In this document: positions 40,906 to 53,764 of the stretch, piece by piece
Position numbering within the stretch: the first letter of the stretch is position 1
Layout: each line of letters starts with the position of its first letter
Source: Octopus bimaculoides
Lineage: Eukaryota
Length of the DNA stretch: 64,000 nucleotides
Assembly: GCF_001194135.2 (NCBI RefSeq)
Contig: NC_068994.1
Coordinates: 21,502,903-21,566,902, forward strand
Direction of reading: 5' to 3'
Position numbers and translations under genes: made by a program
Notes under the pieces: generated by a model
What the model saw: only the letters and a program-made list of their open reading frames with translations
What the model was told of the DNA's origin: nothing
Database searches by the model: none

Positions 40906-41600
40906 AAACACTCAGACACAGACACACACACATACATATATATACATACATACATGCGTCTACTATACAACGTTTTAAACTTGTGATTACCTGTATGTAC
41001 ATTTTTAAATGTGTAGTTATGTGTGTGTCACATCCTATAACTGTCTGTCTCTCCACTTTTGTAGGGTCTTTCCTCTTGCTGTCACATATTGTGAGATTTT
41101 AAAATTACGTCGAAATTTTCAAATTTGGTATATTGAAAGAATTTTCCACGTTAAATCTGATTTTGTTATTTGTTTGTTCCAGAAAAATGTTACTGAGATT
41201 TAAAGTTTAATCAATTTTACCTAATCAGAAAACAGGATTTGGAAGCTGGCATTTTCTGCATGATTGCTGTCTATCACAAAATGAAAGCAAAATCATTAGG
41301 AGGAGAAATTTTTGTTAAACAAACGAAAGCAAAGCATTATGATAACCAAAGTTGTAAGAACTTCTGAAGTTCTAATAAGTTTTAATGAATAAAGTCATGT
41401 GAAACAATTGAACAGACACGTAAATAATTTAAAAAGGCAAAAATATCCTTAATGAAGTTTTTTTGTGAAAAATTACACAAATCTGCCCTGATCAAGAGGC
41501 CTATCTGTCAGGGAAGGCATGACCTGACATGTAATAAACAAAAAATTTATATAGGACATTCTATTGTAAAAATTGCCTGGCAATGTTGGGCTATTCAGCT

Positions 41601-41647
<47 letters not shown>

Positions 41648-43938
41648 TGACAAGTTAACTGTGCAACTCTACAGGCCACCCATGTTGGTCATACAACCTC
41701 AGCAGTAACCCAGCACCAGCAAATCTGGCTATTTCCATGTAAATATTGTTGCCAATAATGTGTTCATGCTCCATTGAACGACAGCTGAGCTACTGACTCA
41801 ACCCAAGATCACAGTTTACCAATGCAATACCCAACACAAGAACTGATGTTACAGAATACGCTTTGGTGCACCCTGTTAATATTCTGTTCAAGCACATTGA
41901 CCTGAAAATGTGGTGTCACTTGATAGCATTAATACCGTGTAACTTGAGCTGACCAACAGATGTCTAGCATATAGAAGGCATCCTGAAATTCTCTTAAAAC
42001 TCTCACTTTGCTCCTAACATCTAATGAAATGGACATGTCCTATGTGCCCACAAGACTTAAAGGTCTTGTGGAGCTGAATCAAACTGTTATTAAAAGTATA
42101 TCACTAACCACTTTCACTTTTACATATTTGCATGGGTCAGGCAGAGTTTATTTGAGGCAGATTTTCTACAGCCCTGATGTCCTTCCTGTCACCAACCCTC
42201 ACCCGATCGCAAGCAAGATAATATTTCCCCTTGCCCAGACATGTTCTCGTATATTTGAAATAAATGACAGTGATACTCATTTACAATCACCCAATGCCAA
42301 GACAAGGAAAGAGAGAGAGACACATACAAAAACTTTGTACAAAGTGATCTCAAGATGTTGCACTTTCATAAAAGAAATGACAGGGGATCATGGCAATTGG
42401 CAATATGCATTGCTGGAAAAGACTCATCCATTCATGCATCCATTGTGAAACATAAGTTTAATGGAGTTAGTGGTGGTGACTCAGATATATGTTTTGTTCA
42501 TTTTGTACTTGTTTAGACTCCATCTGTGCACCCACTCCACCCCACTGCCCATTTGATACCCTTTCATCTATCTATTGATACCCCACTCTCCTATTCATTG
42601 TGCCTTCAGTACATCCTTACTATGATCCATCACTCACTCGCTCTCTGTCTCTCTTTCTAGCAAACATGTAACTGCCATTAATGTTTCTCTGCTATCATGA
42701 TGCCTGAATAATGAAGGTACCCAAAGCACCTTCCCATTTATCCTCTTGTTCTGGCTGCCATTACTCCATCTCACAGATCACTCTTTTATTGACATCTATC
42801 ATTCTCTTACCATCATTACTACCAGCTTGATTATCCATCACCCATGCTCTCCCTTACCAGTTAACTTTACCCTCCCCCCTTCTATATGCTAGCCACTACT
42901 CTCTTTCACATAGTATCACTCATTACAAACATCCATCATACTCTCTTAGCCATTAACACTATGTAAAATGGCTGACATTAGGAGGGGTGTCCAACTGTAG
43001 AAAACGAAAGAAGACATTGAAACTCAGTGCAGTTCTCTGGCTTGTTGGTTCCTATGAAACCATTCAATCCATGCCAGCATGGATAAAAGGATGTTACATC
43101 ATGACAATGATGATGATTTTATATATACATATGACAGTTGAGTATGATTTATGGAGATGTTTGTTCATACATGTATACATACATACATACATACATATGA
43201 TGTAGAGTAATTTAAGGGATATTTGGCTACTATTTCTGTTGTGTGGAAATATAGAGATGCCCTTGTTGGTTTATGCATATAACAATAGGATGTAATTTGA
43301 GGGGGATTTGACTACTATTTCTAGCAGTTTGTACTACCACTTAGAGGTCTCCCTTATTGGTACATATACATGCATCAGACAGTAGAAAAACGCTGCTATT
43401 GAGTAGTTTATATCTAAACTACATTTTGATCTCCAATTGTCATGCAGTATCTTTTTCCTGGATATTTATATGGTTGCAAACTAGATCCAAGTTTGGAATC
43501 TTTGTTTCTAAGACAAGTGCAGTATTGTCCTTGTCAACTAGACCACTGCTGCATGTATGTAAGCACTTGATTCCTTCTGTTTATAAAAGATGCTTTGATA
43601 TATTTAAGTTCTTATTGGTAAATTTTAAATTCTTCTCAGATTTTTAAATCCCCCTAAAACAAACAGATTGTTGACTCAAAACTTGTAGTGGAGACTGCAT
43701 GGGAATTTTTAATAATACAGAGACCAGGATAAAAAAATAAAGATTTAGCTGTATGTAGGAATGTAATGTAGTATTATTGTATCCAGTTTATTCAGTTTGA
43801 TTTTGTGTTGTACAACATGTAGAATTTAGGTTATTTGTTATTTAATTTTCCATGTTTACTTGTATGTGGTATATTGTGCTAGATAATATCATATCTCATT
43901 CTGACTTTGTTGTTGATGTTCTTTTTCTCATTGTCTAG

Positions 43939-44125
43939 GTGTTGGGCCACAAAGAGGGCCTGAATGTGATGGAACGAGCTGATCCATTATTTTTATTGTT
44001 TGGATTACCTGCCATTCCACTAACCTTGATCTGTGGAAAGTTGGTCAGGTGGGAGGACTATGTTTTGCGGCTGTGGCGCAAGCACTCATCTCGGTTACCT
44101 CTTATTAATTATCTTTTCAAAGATG
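43939..44125 (+). CDS. MARCHF5: MARCH5 exon 4, TM2 (VLGHKEGLNVMERADPLFLLFGLPAIP...RWEDYVLRLWRK)
   Basis: TAG acceptor, G|GTGAGT donor; strong match to MARCH5; 187 nt. Confidence 0.97.
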
Positions 44126-45077
44126 GTGAGTGTGTTTTTAATGCTTTATTTGTTCACTCCATATTTCTATCACAATAAACCTAATATAAAGTTATAGCAT
44201 ACCTTACTATACTATATCTCACTATGTAATTACATTACACTTCATTAACTTCTACCATTTTACATATAAAATCTGTCATGTTGCTGTAATCATATTTTTG
44301 ATTATTAGATCAGAATTCTTACTCTTGCGGATGCATTGCAGTTATTCTTTTGATAGATCTTGGTAATCCTGACTGTTGGTCTTCAAGGTTTCCTCTGGTC
44401 AGCATCAATGTAAGAACTATAAAAACAACATTGAACTATCTCAACAGTTCTGATAATGATCATATAATCATATTTCATGCTTTAATAATGGGCCAACAAA
44501 AAGCGTGTCTATACAGTTGTTTGAACTGCTGGAGAAAGCATTTAAATCTCACTTATTTAACTCCCTATCATCTTTAAAAACTGAAAGACAACTTTGAATA
44601 ATGTAGTCCTGAATGTACTATGTCTTCAGTAAACATTCAATGGTTAAGAGGGAATAGTTTTGGCCATAGGTCAGCTTGATCAAGGCTTACCTGTAGTCAA
44701 ACAACATATCTGTATACTTGCAGTCAAGTATCCTTTGTAAACATTTTACCAAAATCAGCCAGTTGAATCTAGACATTGAAGCAATTATTAAACTTCATGT
44801 GCAACTTATAACCTTGATCTTGCATCCTTCATTCTCAAACACTCTAGTGGAGTGGTCTTTCATGCACCTAAAATATCTAGGAATCCAGAAGATCATGGCA
44901 CTTGCAAATATTTACAACTGCCTGTGTCAGCAGTTCATAGTTATAGAATATGAAACCCAGAAATATTGTTTGTTGTGAAACCTATTTTGCTGCAGCAGCA
45001 TCTTAGATGTTTACTTGTAGCATACAACAAGCAATTATAACATTGCCACATCAGTGATACCCTTGTTTCTATTGCAG

Positions 45078-45241
45078 AGTGCTACCGTGACACTAGCATG
45101 GTTGAAGGCCGTACGGATCAGACCAACCCAATGTCAGCTACTCGAGTCATGTGTGGAGCATTAATACTACCTACCATAGCTACATCAGTTGGAAAAATAG
45201 CATTCAGCTCAGTCCAGTCAAACTTCCAGCGTACTCTCCTT
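45078..45241 (+). CDS. MARCHF5: MARCH5 exon 5, TM3 (..PMSATRVMCGALILPTIATSVGKIAFSSVQSNFQRTLL)
   Basis: TTGCAG acceptor, CTT|GTAAGT donor; matches SATR.LCGAL.FPTIAT.VGK; not in the ORF track; 164 nt. Confidence 0.95.
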
Positions 45242-47180
45242 GTAAGTTTGTTTGTGTTTGTTGAGTAAGCAAAGCTGTTAGTACAATATATGTTGAACAT
45301 CTGTAGGTCACAATAAGCAGAGAAAGAATTTTAGAAAATTTTATTGTTGTTTATATGTGCATTCATATAAAGAATACTTGTCACTCTACTTAGTTTTACA
45401 ACTATTTTATAATAAAATGTTATGGATATGTGTGAAGTGATTTCCAAAAGAGTATAGTTCTGGGGCAAAAGTGAATTGTTAAATCAGAGGTAAGAGAAAA
45501 AGAAATAGCACATAAATGGGCTAATGTTTGCTGTGTTTTAGAAATAGTGTTGTTCATCAAGTGAGTAGGTTTTCCTTAAATATCATCTAGAGTTGTGGCT
45601 GTTTCTGTGACAGTAATATGCACATAAATGTAGTGATGAATATACAGTTTGTTGTTGCTTTTTAGAGGTTTAACTATTATTATCTGTTGTCACTGTTGAA
45701 TATGTATAATTTCTATGAATATTTGTTCAGTGTAGCTTGTGGAAGTGGGTATGTAATAATTTGAGCTCCGTATTGTTTATGAATTGTGACCCAGGATAGT
45801 TCAGTAGTGTGGTTTTTGATATATCTCTTATGTGTTCAACAATATGTGTGTAAAAGTAGCATTTGTTTCACTGTTGAACAGTTTTTATTCTTGGCAATTC
45901 TTTTCCTAACAAAAGTTGTAGTCCAGTTCCATTTTTCTCTAGTTTAGTGAGGCACTGAAGAAATCTTTGCATGATTCAAGAAAAAATTCACTAGAAAGTA
46001 CTTTTCTTCAAGACTGGTTGTACAGCTAAGGAGTTCAAAATGATCCCACTGTGTCTTCTATAATAAAAACTTGGATTGACCATTACCTTGTGTGTGGAGT
46101 TTGATAACTATGAAAGCCTATTGCGCATATATATGTGTGTGTTTGTATTTATATATCTTTGTTGGTTTATATTGATGTAGGATTTAAACATTAGTGAGAC
46201 AACCCTCCCAGCATCAAATCCCACAATGGTGCTTTACAAAGGAAGTTTCTTGCATTGGGTTTCACACTCCCTGGTCACTCTCACCATCAAAAATGTGAAC
46301 CAATGATTTACCCATTAGAAACCAACTAAACTATGCTGTTGTTCCCAAATTGTAAATATAAAATGAAATAAAAAAATGAGAAGCACTAACAGCAGTCTAC
46401 TGAATGCTCCTACTGCTTGTAGTAGTAAATTTAGACCTACACCAGACAACCATTTACGGCTGTGTTGACTATGTAATTGAGTTAAGCTTGTCAGGACCAA
46501 TTTTTAGCATTGGTGAAGGATTTAACTAGTGAATTATTTTTTGACTTGTAGAATGGCCAATTCAGCTAACTGTACAAATTCAATTCAGGTAATCAGGACT
46601 TTCACATATATGTTACATTATTTGTTATAACAGTGTTGAGATGGTTGAAACTTTGCAATCATGATCAAGTCAGTTTCAAGATATTATGACTGGAGTTGGG
46701 TTACTATCCAAGTTGTGATTAAGATCAATATAGATGCTTCAAAGTCTGGTCTAAATGCATTCCCTTTCCTACAATCTAGTTGACTATCACTTAATAACTG
46801 GCAAACGACAACTCTTTTCAACAAATAAAGAGCCCTCAATTTTTACTTTGCGACATGCTGTGTGTCGAGAATCTTGAATTTTTTAAGAAATGGAGATATG
46901 AGAATTCTAGACACAACATACTTCTGCTCATAGGCATTAGTTTTGCTGTTAAGAATAAATGGGAAGAAAATTCCTTACACTATAATTGTTGATGAATAAG
47001 AGTTTGGTTTCTATGAGAGTTGATGTTTAGAGAAAATGTGACCATCAGCAAATACCAAATACAACTTAGTTGTTTTGATTATAACTGAAGGTAGTGGAAG
47101 ACATTACTGTTGGTTTAGGAAAAATGATTGAAGAGACGATTTTCTGCAGCAGCTGATATTTTTAGAATTGAGTAAAAATG

Positions 47181-48060
47181 GGATCTTTTTGGTTTGACGG
47201 GCAACATTTTTCATTTATGTTTTATGTAGTGTTTTTGGTACCGAAACACTTTCAAACTTCGTATACTTGTATATTTTGTGTTATAGAACAGATAAAAAAA
47301 ATTTTGTATTCGAAGTTATTTCATGTAGAAAGTTGTCGTATTTCCGTAATTTCAACCAATCACTGACGTCTATTGAGGTGAAAACAATTACTGCCGTAGA
47401 ATATTCTAACGGTGTTATGGGATCTTTTCCCTTGAATAAAATTAGTGCCATTGTTTGTCAACAACAACTATCGGCAGTACTGTTATTTATAACATCATTC
47501 GTGCGTTTGTACTGGTTGTAGGGTTAGGGTTCCGGTTTTAGAGTTAAAGTTAGTTTTAGGGTTACGGTTAGGGTTATGATTATTTTTGCCATAACCTCAC
47601 TCATAACCCTAACCCCAACTCTAACCCTAAAACCCGAACCCTAACCTAAACGCACGANNNNNNNNNNNNNNNNNNNNNNNNNNNNNNNNNNNNNNNNNNN
47701 NNNNNNNNNNNNNNNNNNNNNNNNNNNNNNNNNNNNNNNNNNNNACGAACGATGTTATAAATAACTACCGCTGATAGTTGTTGTTGACAAACAACGGCAC
47801 TAATTTTATTCAAGGGAAAAGATCCCATTACACCGTTAGAATATTCTACGGCAGTAATTGTTTTCACCTCAATAGACGTCAGTGATTGGTTGAAATTACA
47901 CAAATACGACAACTTTAACATGAAATAACTGATTAAGAACTAATTTTTGTTAAGAAGGCTAAGAGAAAAAGATGTTTTATATGACACATTCTACTAGTAT
48001 CCCAAGTTTGAAAGTGTTTCGTTAAGAAAACAAGTGTTGCCTGTCAAACCAAAAAGATCC
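47181..48060. mobile_element. Fold-back (palindromic) non-autonomous DNA transposon with central telomere-like repeats
   Basis: GGATCTTTTTGGTTTGAC...GTCAAACCAAAAAGATCC termini; arms complementary along almost the whole length; flanks TAAAAATG / GAAAAATG (7 of 8 match). Confidence 0.85.
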
Positions 48061-48213
48061 GAAAAATGTGTAATGTGAGTTAGAATTGGGGGAGGATATT
48101 TGAGGGTGAGTATCAGGGTGTTAATATTGAGATTGGAATTACACTCAGTTTAAAGTTTGTTGTATTTTCTCATCATCTTGCTCCCTTAATATTTATCCCT
48201 TTCTCTCCCGTAG

Positions 48214-48396
48214 GGTGGTGTGGCATTTATCATAATCAAAGGCTTCCTCAAGATCTACCTGCGTCAACAGCTCTACATCCAGCAACTGAGTCGTATAGTG
48301 AAGGACTTTAATGAAGACGATGTATCACCTAGCTCCAGTGTTTCTCCCAGCATGGCTACATCAATGGCATCCACAGCAACGTCAGACCATCAGTGA
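48214..48396 (+). CDS. MARCHF5: MARCH5 terminal exon 6, TM4 and tail (GGVAFIIIKGFLKIYLRQQ...SDHQ*)
   Basis: Pyrimidine tract and TAG acceptor; matches GG.AF..IKG..K.Y.KQQ; TGA at 48394-48396; exon total 906 nt = 301 aa plus stop. Confidence 0.95.
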   Translation, partial: GGVAFIIIKGFLKIYLRQQLYIQQLSRIVKDFNEDDVSPSSSVSPSMATSMASTATSDHQ

Positions 48397-50849
48397 TTTT
48401 CTTTTGATGTAGTATGCCACCATATCATTATTGTCCGAATTATTTCTGCTGTCATTGCAGTTGTTGCAGAAAAGAAAGATTGGAGGTGGTGGTGTGTTGT
48501 GTGTGCGTGTATGTGTTCATTGCTGGTGGTGGGAGATGAAAAGGAGTAGGCGGCAAACTAAGAAGGAAATTGGTTGAGAAGAAAAGAGTGATATAGTCTC
48601 CGTCTCTCCTCTCTATCAATTTCATTCTCTTTCTCAATGAAATTTGATAAACTTCAATGAAATTATCTTTCCTTTTAATATATTTAAAAGGCAGAAAAAA
48701 GACTTTTAAAATAAAGCAAAGAAAATAGAAAAAAAGTAATTAAAAAGGGGAAGAAAAGTAGAAAGAAAGTGAAGATATTCAAGTGCACAAATTTATTTTT
48801 AATCTTAATTTCTTTTCCAAATCTCTCTTTCCTTTTCCTGTCAGCTATACACATGAATGAATATGCAAACATACTTGTGCTTTCATACACTGGCATATAT
48901 ACACATACATCTTTGTGCAACTCACACATCTATTTGCATCATCACGAATCATGCATTCACAGATACTTATGTATCAACACACTTCTATAAATATAACCAA
49001 TGTCATCATCAATCTACATATGCAATTACATACACAAAGACACATGTACATATATATAGGCACAATGTTGCTGCCACTCATTCAATTGTCTGTTGCCCTT
49101 AACGACCAGCACCAAACATGTATAAAGGATTTTTTCAGAATGAATGTAAAAAAAAAGGGAAAGCAGAAATAAGTACAAAACCCCTTTTTTTTTTCTTCCA
49201 GAAATGTTTTATAACATTTGTCCTCTTAGCTGTTGTTATTATTGACTTAGTTGGTTCTAACTAATTAAAATTATAGCATAGAGATAACTGATCAAATGCT
49301 CATTACAAATCCACATATCCAGCATCCTGGAGCTGCAATGCCTCTATGCCTATAGGATGTCTAGTATGTCAATATTGGATGCAACCTATCCTGTGATCAG
49401 CATTACAACTGTGGCTATCTCATCTACAGTTTTGTGCCTCAGTGTCTGGAGTTCAGTTTCTGATTAGTGCTGATTTTAGTCTTTGAATCATCACAATTAG
49501 CTCTGAATGAGCAGATGTAGGACATGAAAGAATTGGGTTGAGCAAAACATTCAATGTCATGGCCATTTCCTCTTTTATTATGGGGCATGTTGTCCTAAGA
49601 CAAGATCCAATATGTGATAATGAGCAAGTTGCTTTGAGTGAAAGAGACTGAATATTTCCCATATGATGATTGGTCTGAAGAAACAGTAAAGAGTAGTTAT
49701 AAGACAAGTTTTTTTTAAAGCAAAGGGAGACTTGGCGTAAACTGATCCAGAAGAGGAAGAATGAACTTGCTCAATAATCTCATATGAACTTAAAATTTAT
49801 AAAAGCTGACCATTATGAAATGGTGTCAAGAGGAGTTAATGATTATCATTCATAAACTGATGTGAAGTGAGAGAATGATTGGTCATTAATAAAATTTGCA
49901 AAATGTGCAAGGCAAGCTTAGTTATTCATAAACGTGTAGGAGGAGAGGTTATTCGCAAATTATAAAATGTGTGATGACATGGGAGGAGGTATGGTTTATA
50001 ACAGAATCTTACCATTGAGCTGACAGAGTAAGAAATTTGATATTTTTCTATGCTAGGTTTGAATTTTTAAAAATGCGTTGATATTCTGGTTTTTCCATAA
50101 AATGTCGAGATTTTTGTTTGTTGCTAAAATAACATAATAGAAACCTTTTGTATCTCAAAGAAACATAATAGTTGGAAATACTGGAAAGATTATATTTGTG
50201 TTTATTTTTTACCAACTGAAAATGGATTTGGTGATATGAGCTGAGCTTGAAATTAAATAAACCTCTTACTGTTGGTTATTTTCATTTTGAGAGGGATTTG
50301 ATCTTCACACTTTACCAAAATTGTAAATTTCTTTTAGCTTAGTTCTCCACCATGACTGAATGGTTAAGAAGTTCACAACCATGGATGCCTGAGTTCAATT
50401 CCACTGCATCTTGAGCAAATGTCATTTTCTATAACCTTGGGCGAGTGAAGATAGGTGGACAGAAACTGCATAGAAGCCCATCAGGTAGATTGTATCTGTA
50501 ATTGAAAAGGTGCAATTCTTGTCATACAGTGTCTTGCCAATTCTACCTGTGAAGGGTACACTTGTCTGTTTGCAATATCTCAAAGAAATACTAGATACAC
50601 CAGGCTCAGTGGGATGGTAATAGTTGGAAATAGGCTATTCTTCATATAATGATTTGATTGTTTGTTGTTGGAATTTAAAAATTCAAGTAATGTTATCCTC
50701 AGCCACTTACATGTTATTTCAGAAGCAAGTTATTCAGCTAATAGACCAAGTGAATCCCCACCAACAAATCACTCACCTGCTTTACTTCTAGAGAAGCAGA
50801 CTGAGGAATGTCTTGTGCTCTACTCAAAATAAAGGATACTATCAATAAT

Positions 50850-51050
50850 AATCCTTTCTACTATAGGCACATGGCCTGAAATTTTGGAATATGGGGGCTA
50901 GTTGATCACATTGGGGCCCCAGTGCTTGACTGCTACTTAATTTATCGACCCTAAAAGGATGAAAGGCAAAGTTGACTTGGGCAGAATTTGAACTTGCAAC
51001 GTAAAGATGGATGAAATGTTGCTAAGCATTTTGTTCTGCCAGCTTGCCAC
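50850..51050 (-). mobile_element. Deu/Nin-like SINE copy
   Basis: Homologous to 17967-18181. Confidence 0.78.
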
Positions 51051-51074
51051 CTTCATGATGGTGATAATAATAGC

Positions 51075-51125
51075 CACCATATCACCATATCACCATATCA
51101 CCATATCACCATATCACCATATCAC
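51075..51125. repeat. (CACCATAT)x6 tandem repeat
   Basis: Six perfect 8-mers read directly. Confidence 0.95.
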
Positions 51126-52654
51126 TACAATTTCTATAAAAACACTTAAAAGTCACCAATGTTCCCTTTGCATAAATGAGACAAGAATTGTTTAGTGCTG
51201 TGTTTGGAGCATGTTTTTTTTTAATATTTCTTTGCTGCTTTCGCAAATTCTCATGACTGTCACCATCCAATTCTATTATTATGAATTTGAATTGAGAGCT
51301 TGAGTCATAGTGAATCTTTCATTAGCTAATTACACAACCATGGACACCACCCATATGGATGCATTGCAGTTACTCTTGATAGATTTTGGTGATCCTGACT
51401 GTTTAATCTCCTAGGATTCCTTAACTCAGCACCAATGTAAGAAGCATTATTGGCTTAGTTGAGCTCTTCTGCAACCACTTCACAGTTGCCATAATGCAGT
51501 CTCATGACTTTGCCATATCCTTGGCAGGATTGCCAAAAGGCAGCCCATATCTATGCAGGGTACAGTCGTCACTCTGTGAGGTACTTTCAAATACCCTCAT
51601 ACTCATAATAGCTTTGGGCATGGTACTACAACCTCACACTATAATATGTAAGAAGTATTTCAATATCTTGTCCTGGGAATACAGCTAATACTAATGAATT
51701 ATTGGATATACTAATAATCACCACCATTACTCTTACATCAGTAATTGTTGATAACTGATTATTTTCATTGAATCAAGTCATCTGCAATAAAATATAGTCG
51801 TTACAGTGATATAACTGATAAAATCACCTGCATTGAACTATTTTGTAACTGTTGCTGTCTCTTTATCGTTAAAAGATACAGAAGGTTAAGTTATAAGGTA
51901 TCAAGCAACTGACAAGACAACTGGTTGAAGAGGATGGGAATTTGTAGCCTGTCACTGGATTAGCATTGTACCTAAGATCAAAACTCAATACCACATCCTT
52001 GTACTGTAGTTGCAATTAATACAATGATATAATTCACAGTTGCAAGCAATAGCAGCACATAGGCTTGCAATTCAGGGTTTTATTTTACTTTGTGAGAACA
52101 GTTGATTGCAATAAATTAGTATTCTGTACAGTGACTAATTTGTTAATACCTTTTGAATTTGAGATAAGGGAGACCAAATGGACTGCAGAGATCTGTGAAA
52201 GTAAATAATCTTGAGCTTTGTTGCTTAAAAATAATTATTTGTTTAAAGAATGGATGTTTTACCAGCATTGCTTCCTCTGTTCTCTTATGGTTGCCTGGTT
52301 ACACAACTTTTGCAATATCTCAAAGAAATACTAGATACACCAGGCTCAGTGGGATGGTAATAGGCTATTCTTCATATAATGATTTGATTGTTTGTTGTTG
52401 GAATTTAAAAATTCAAGTAATGTTATCCTCACTCACAGATAAGTAGAATTTGAAATATTTCTGTTATTGTTTTAAAAACTACGTATGTGAAAAGTATGGC
52501 TGAAAAGTTAACTAAACAATTAACTAACATACAAGATAAGATAGTTAAAAACTTTGCCCAAATCTCAGGGATTCCTAATTTTTAGGTTCAATTTTATTCT
52601 CTAATAATATATGCTTAAAAAGGAGTTTATAACAGGTGTCAGTATCCTCTTGAA

Positions 52655-52870
52655 ATATTGCTTTCAGATTTTGGTACAAGGCCAGCAATTTCAGGGGACA
52701 GGGCAGGTTGATTACATTGACCCCAATAATCAACTGGTATTTATTTTATCGGCCCTGAAAGATGGAAGTGTAAAGTTGGCCTTGGTGGGATTTGAACTCG
52801 GAACATCAAGATGGATGAAATCCTGCTAAGCATTTTGTTTAGCATGCTAACAATTCTACCAGCTCACAGC
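52655..52870 (-). mobile_element. Deu/Nin-like SINE copy
   Basis: Homologous to 17967-18181. Confidence 0.78.
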
Positions 52871-53764
52871 CCTAGTATCCTCTGAAATATTAGTTTTTAA
52901 TGATTACTGTTTCTTCCGTTTTCACCTTCCTAAATCCTGGAAAATTTGAACTTAATACAACTTTCAGCAGTTTTTACACTACTGTGATCACTTATAGCAG
53001 TAAGATATCATGTAACTTTTGTAACTAGATAAACTGAGCAACTGAGAATTAAGTGTTTTCATCCCAGACAGAGAATAACACCAGTAACTGGACATGAAAT
53101 AAAAGTGACTCAGCTACTTTTAATAGATGATTGACTTGGCTATCTACAGTAATAATAGAAATACTATTTCTTTATCATACACAGATTTCTAGATATTCAG
53201 ACACAAGCTAAGTCAGACTCACTCAGAGTACTGCTGCTACTTACATCACCTAGATTTCTTAAGGAGCTTCCCATCTAAGTACTAACCAAACACAACATTG
53301 GTCAACTTTGGTAACTGTTGAGAACCTAGTTTTTTTTACCCACTGAACATAACTAGAATTCATCTATTTTAACATTTGTATGGGATAAAGAAATGTGAAA
53401 TCACCTTTTTTTTTCTTTTCTTTTTAAGTAAGATTTGAAATAAAAAAATACATAGCCAAGTAAAATACCAATGTATTTTGACAAAATATTAATCTTATGC
53501 CTTCAATGAATAGTTCAACATTGATTCAACTTTACAATATTATATGTATATTCTAGAACTTGTACAAAAACAATGTTGGTCTAGGCATATTTTGTATTGG
53601 AAACACATATTTTATGTAAGTATAAATCCTCAGATTTTCAAAGAAAATAGGAAGTTATAGCATTATTGCTTTTCCTGCTCAAATGCTGTCCACATTGGAA
53701 CTGAAACTGAATCACAGTTTGCTGAGAATTCTGCTACAAGAAACTCCTAACCACTCCATTATAA

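Noticed and set aside
6943-40970. Long ORFs in the track (250-480 aa) containing X runs
   Set aside because: They are artefacts of translating through N-gaps; only the RTE portions are real coding remnants.
47514-47650. True telomere or chromosome-fusion site
   Set aside because: Short, degenerate and embedded symmetrically within a TIR element in an intron; kept only as a transposon feature.
48710-48715. AATAAA as the MARCH5 poly(A) signal
   Set aside because: AATAAA is frequent in this AT-rich DNA and there is no clear downstream GU-rich element; the 3' end cannot be placed from sequence alone.
44350-51470. Similar ~70-bp segments at about 44350 and 51370
   Set aside because: Diverged dispersed-repeat fragments, probably LINE-derived, not a specific duplication.
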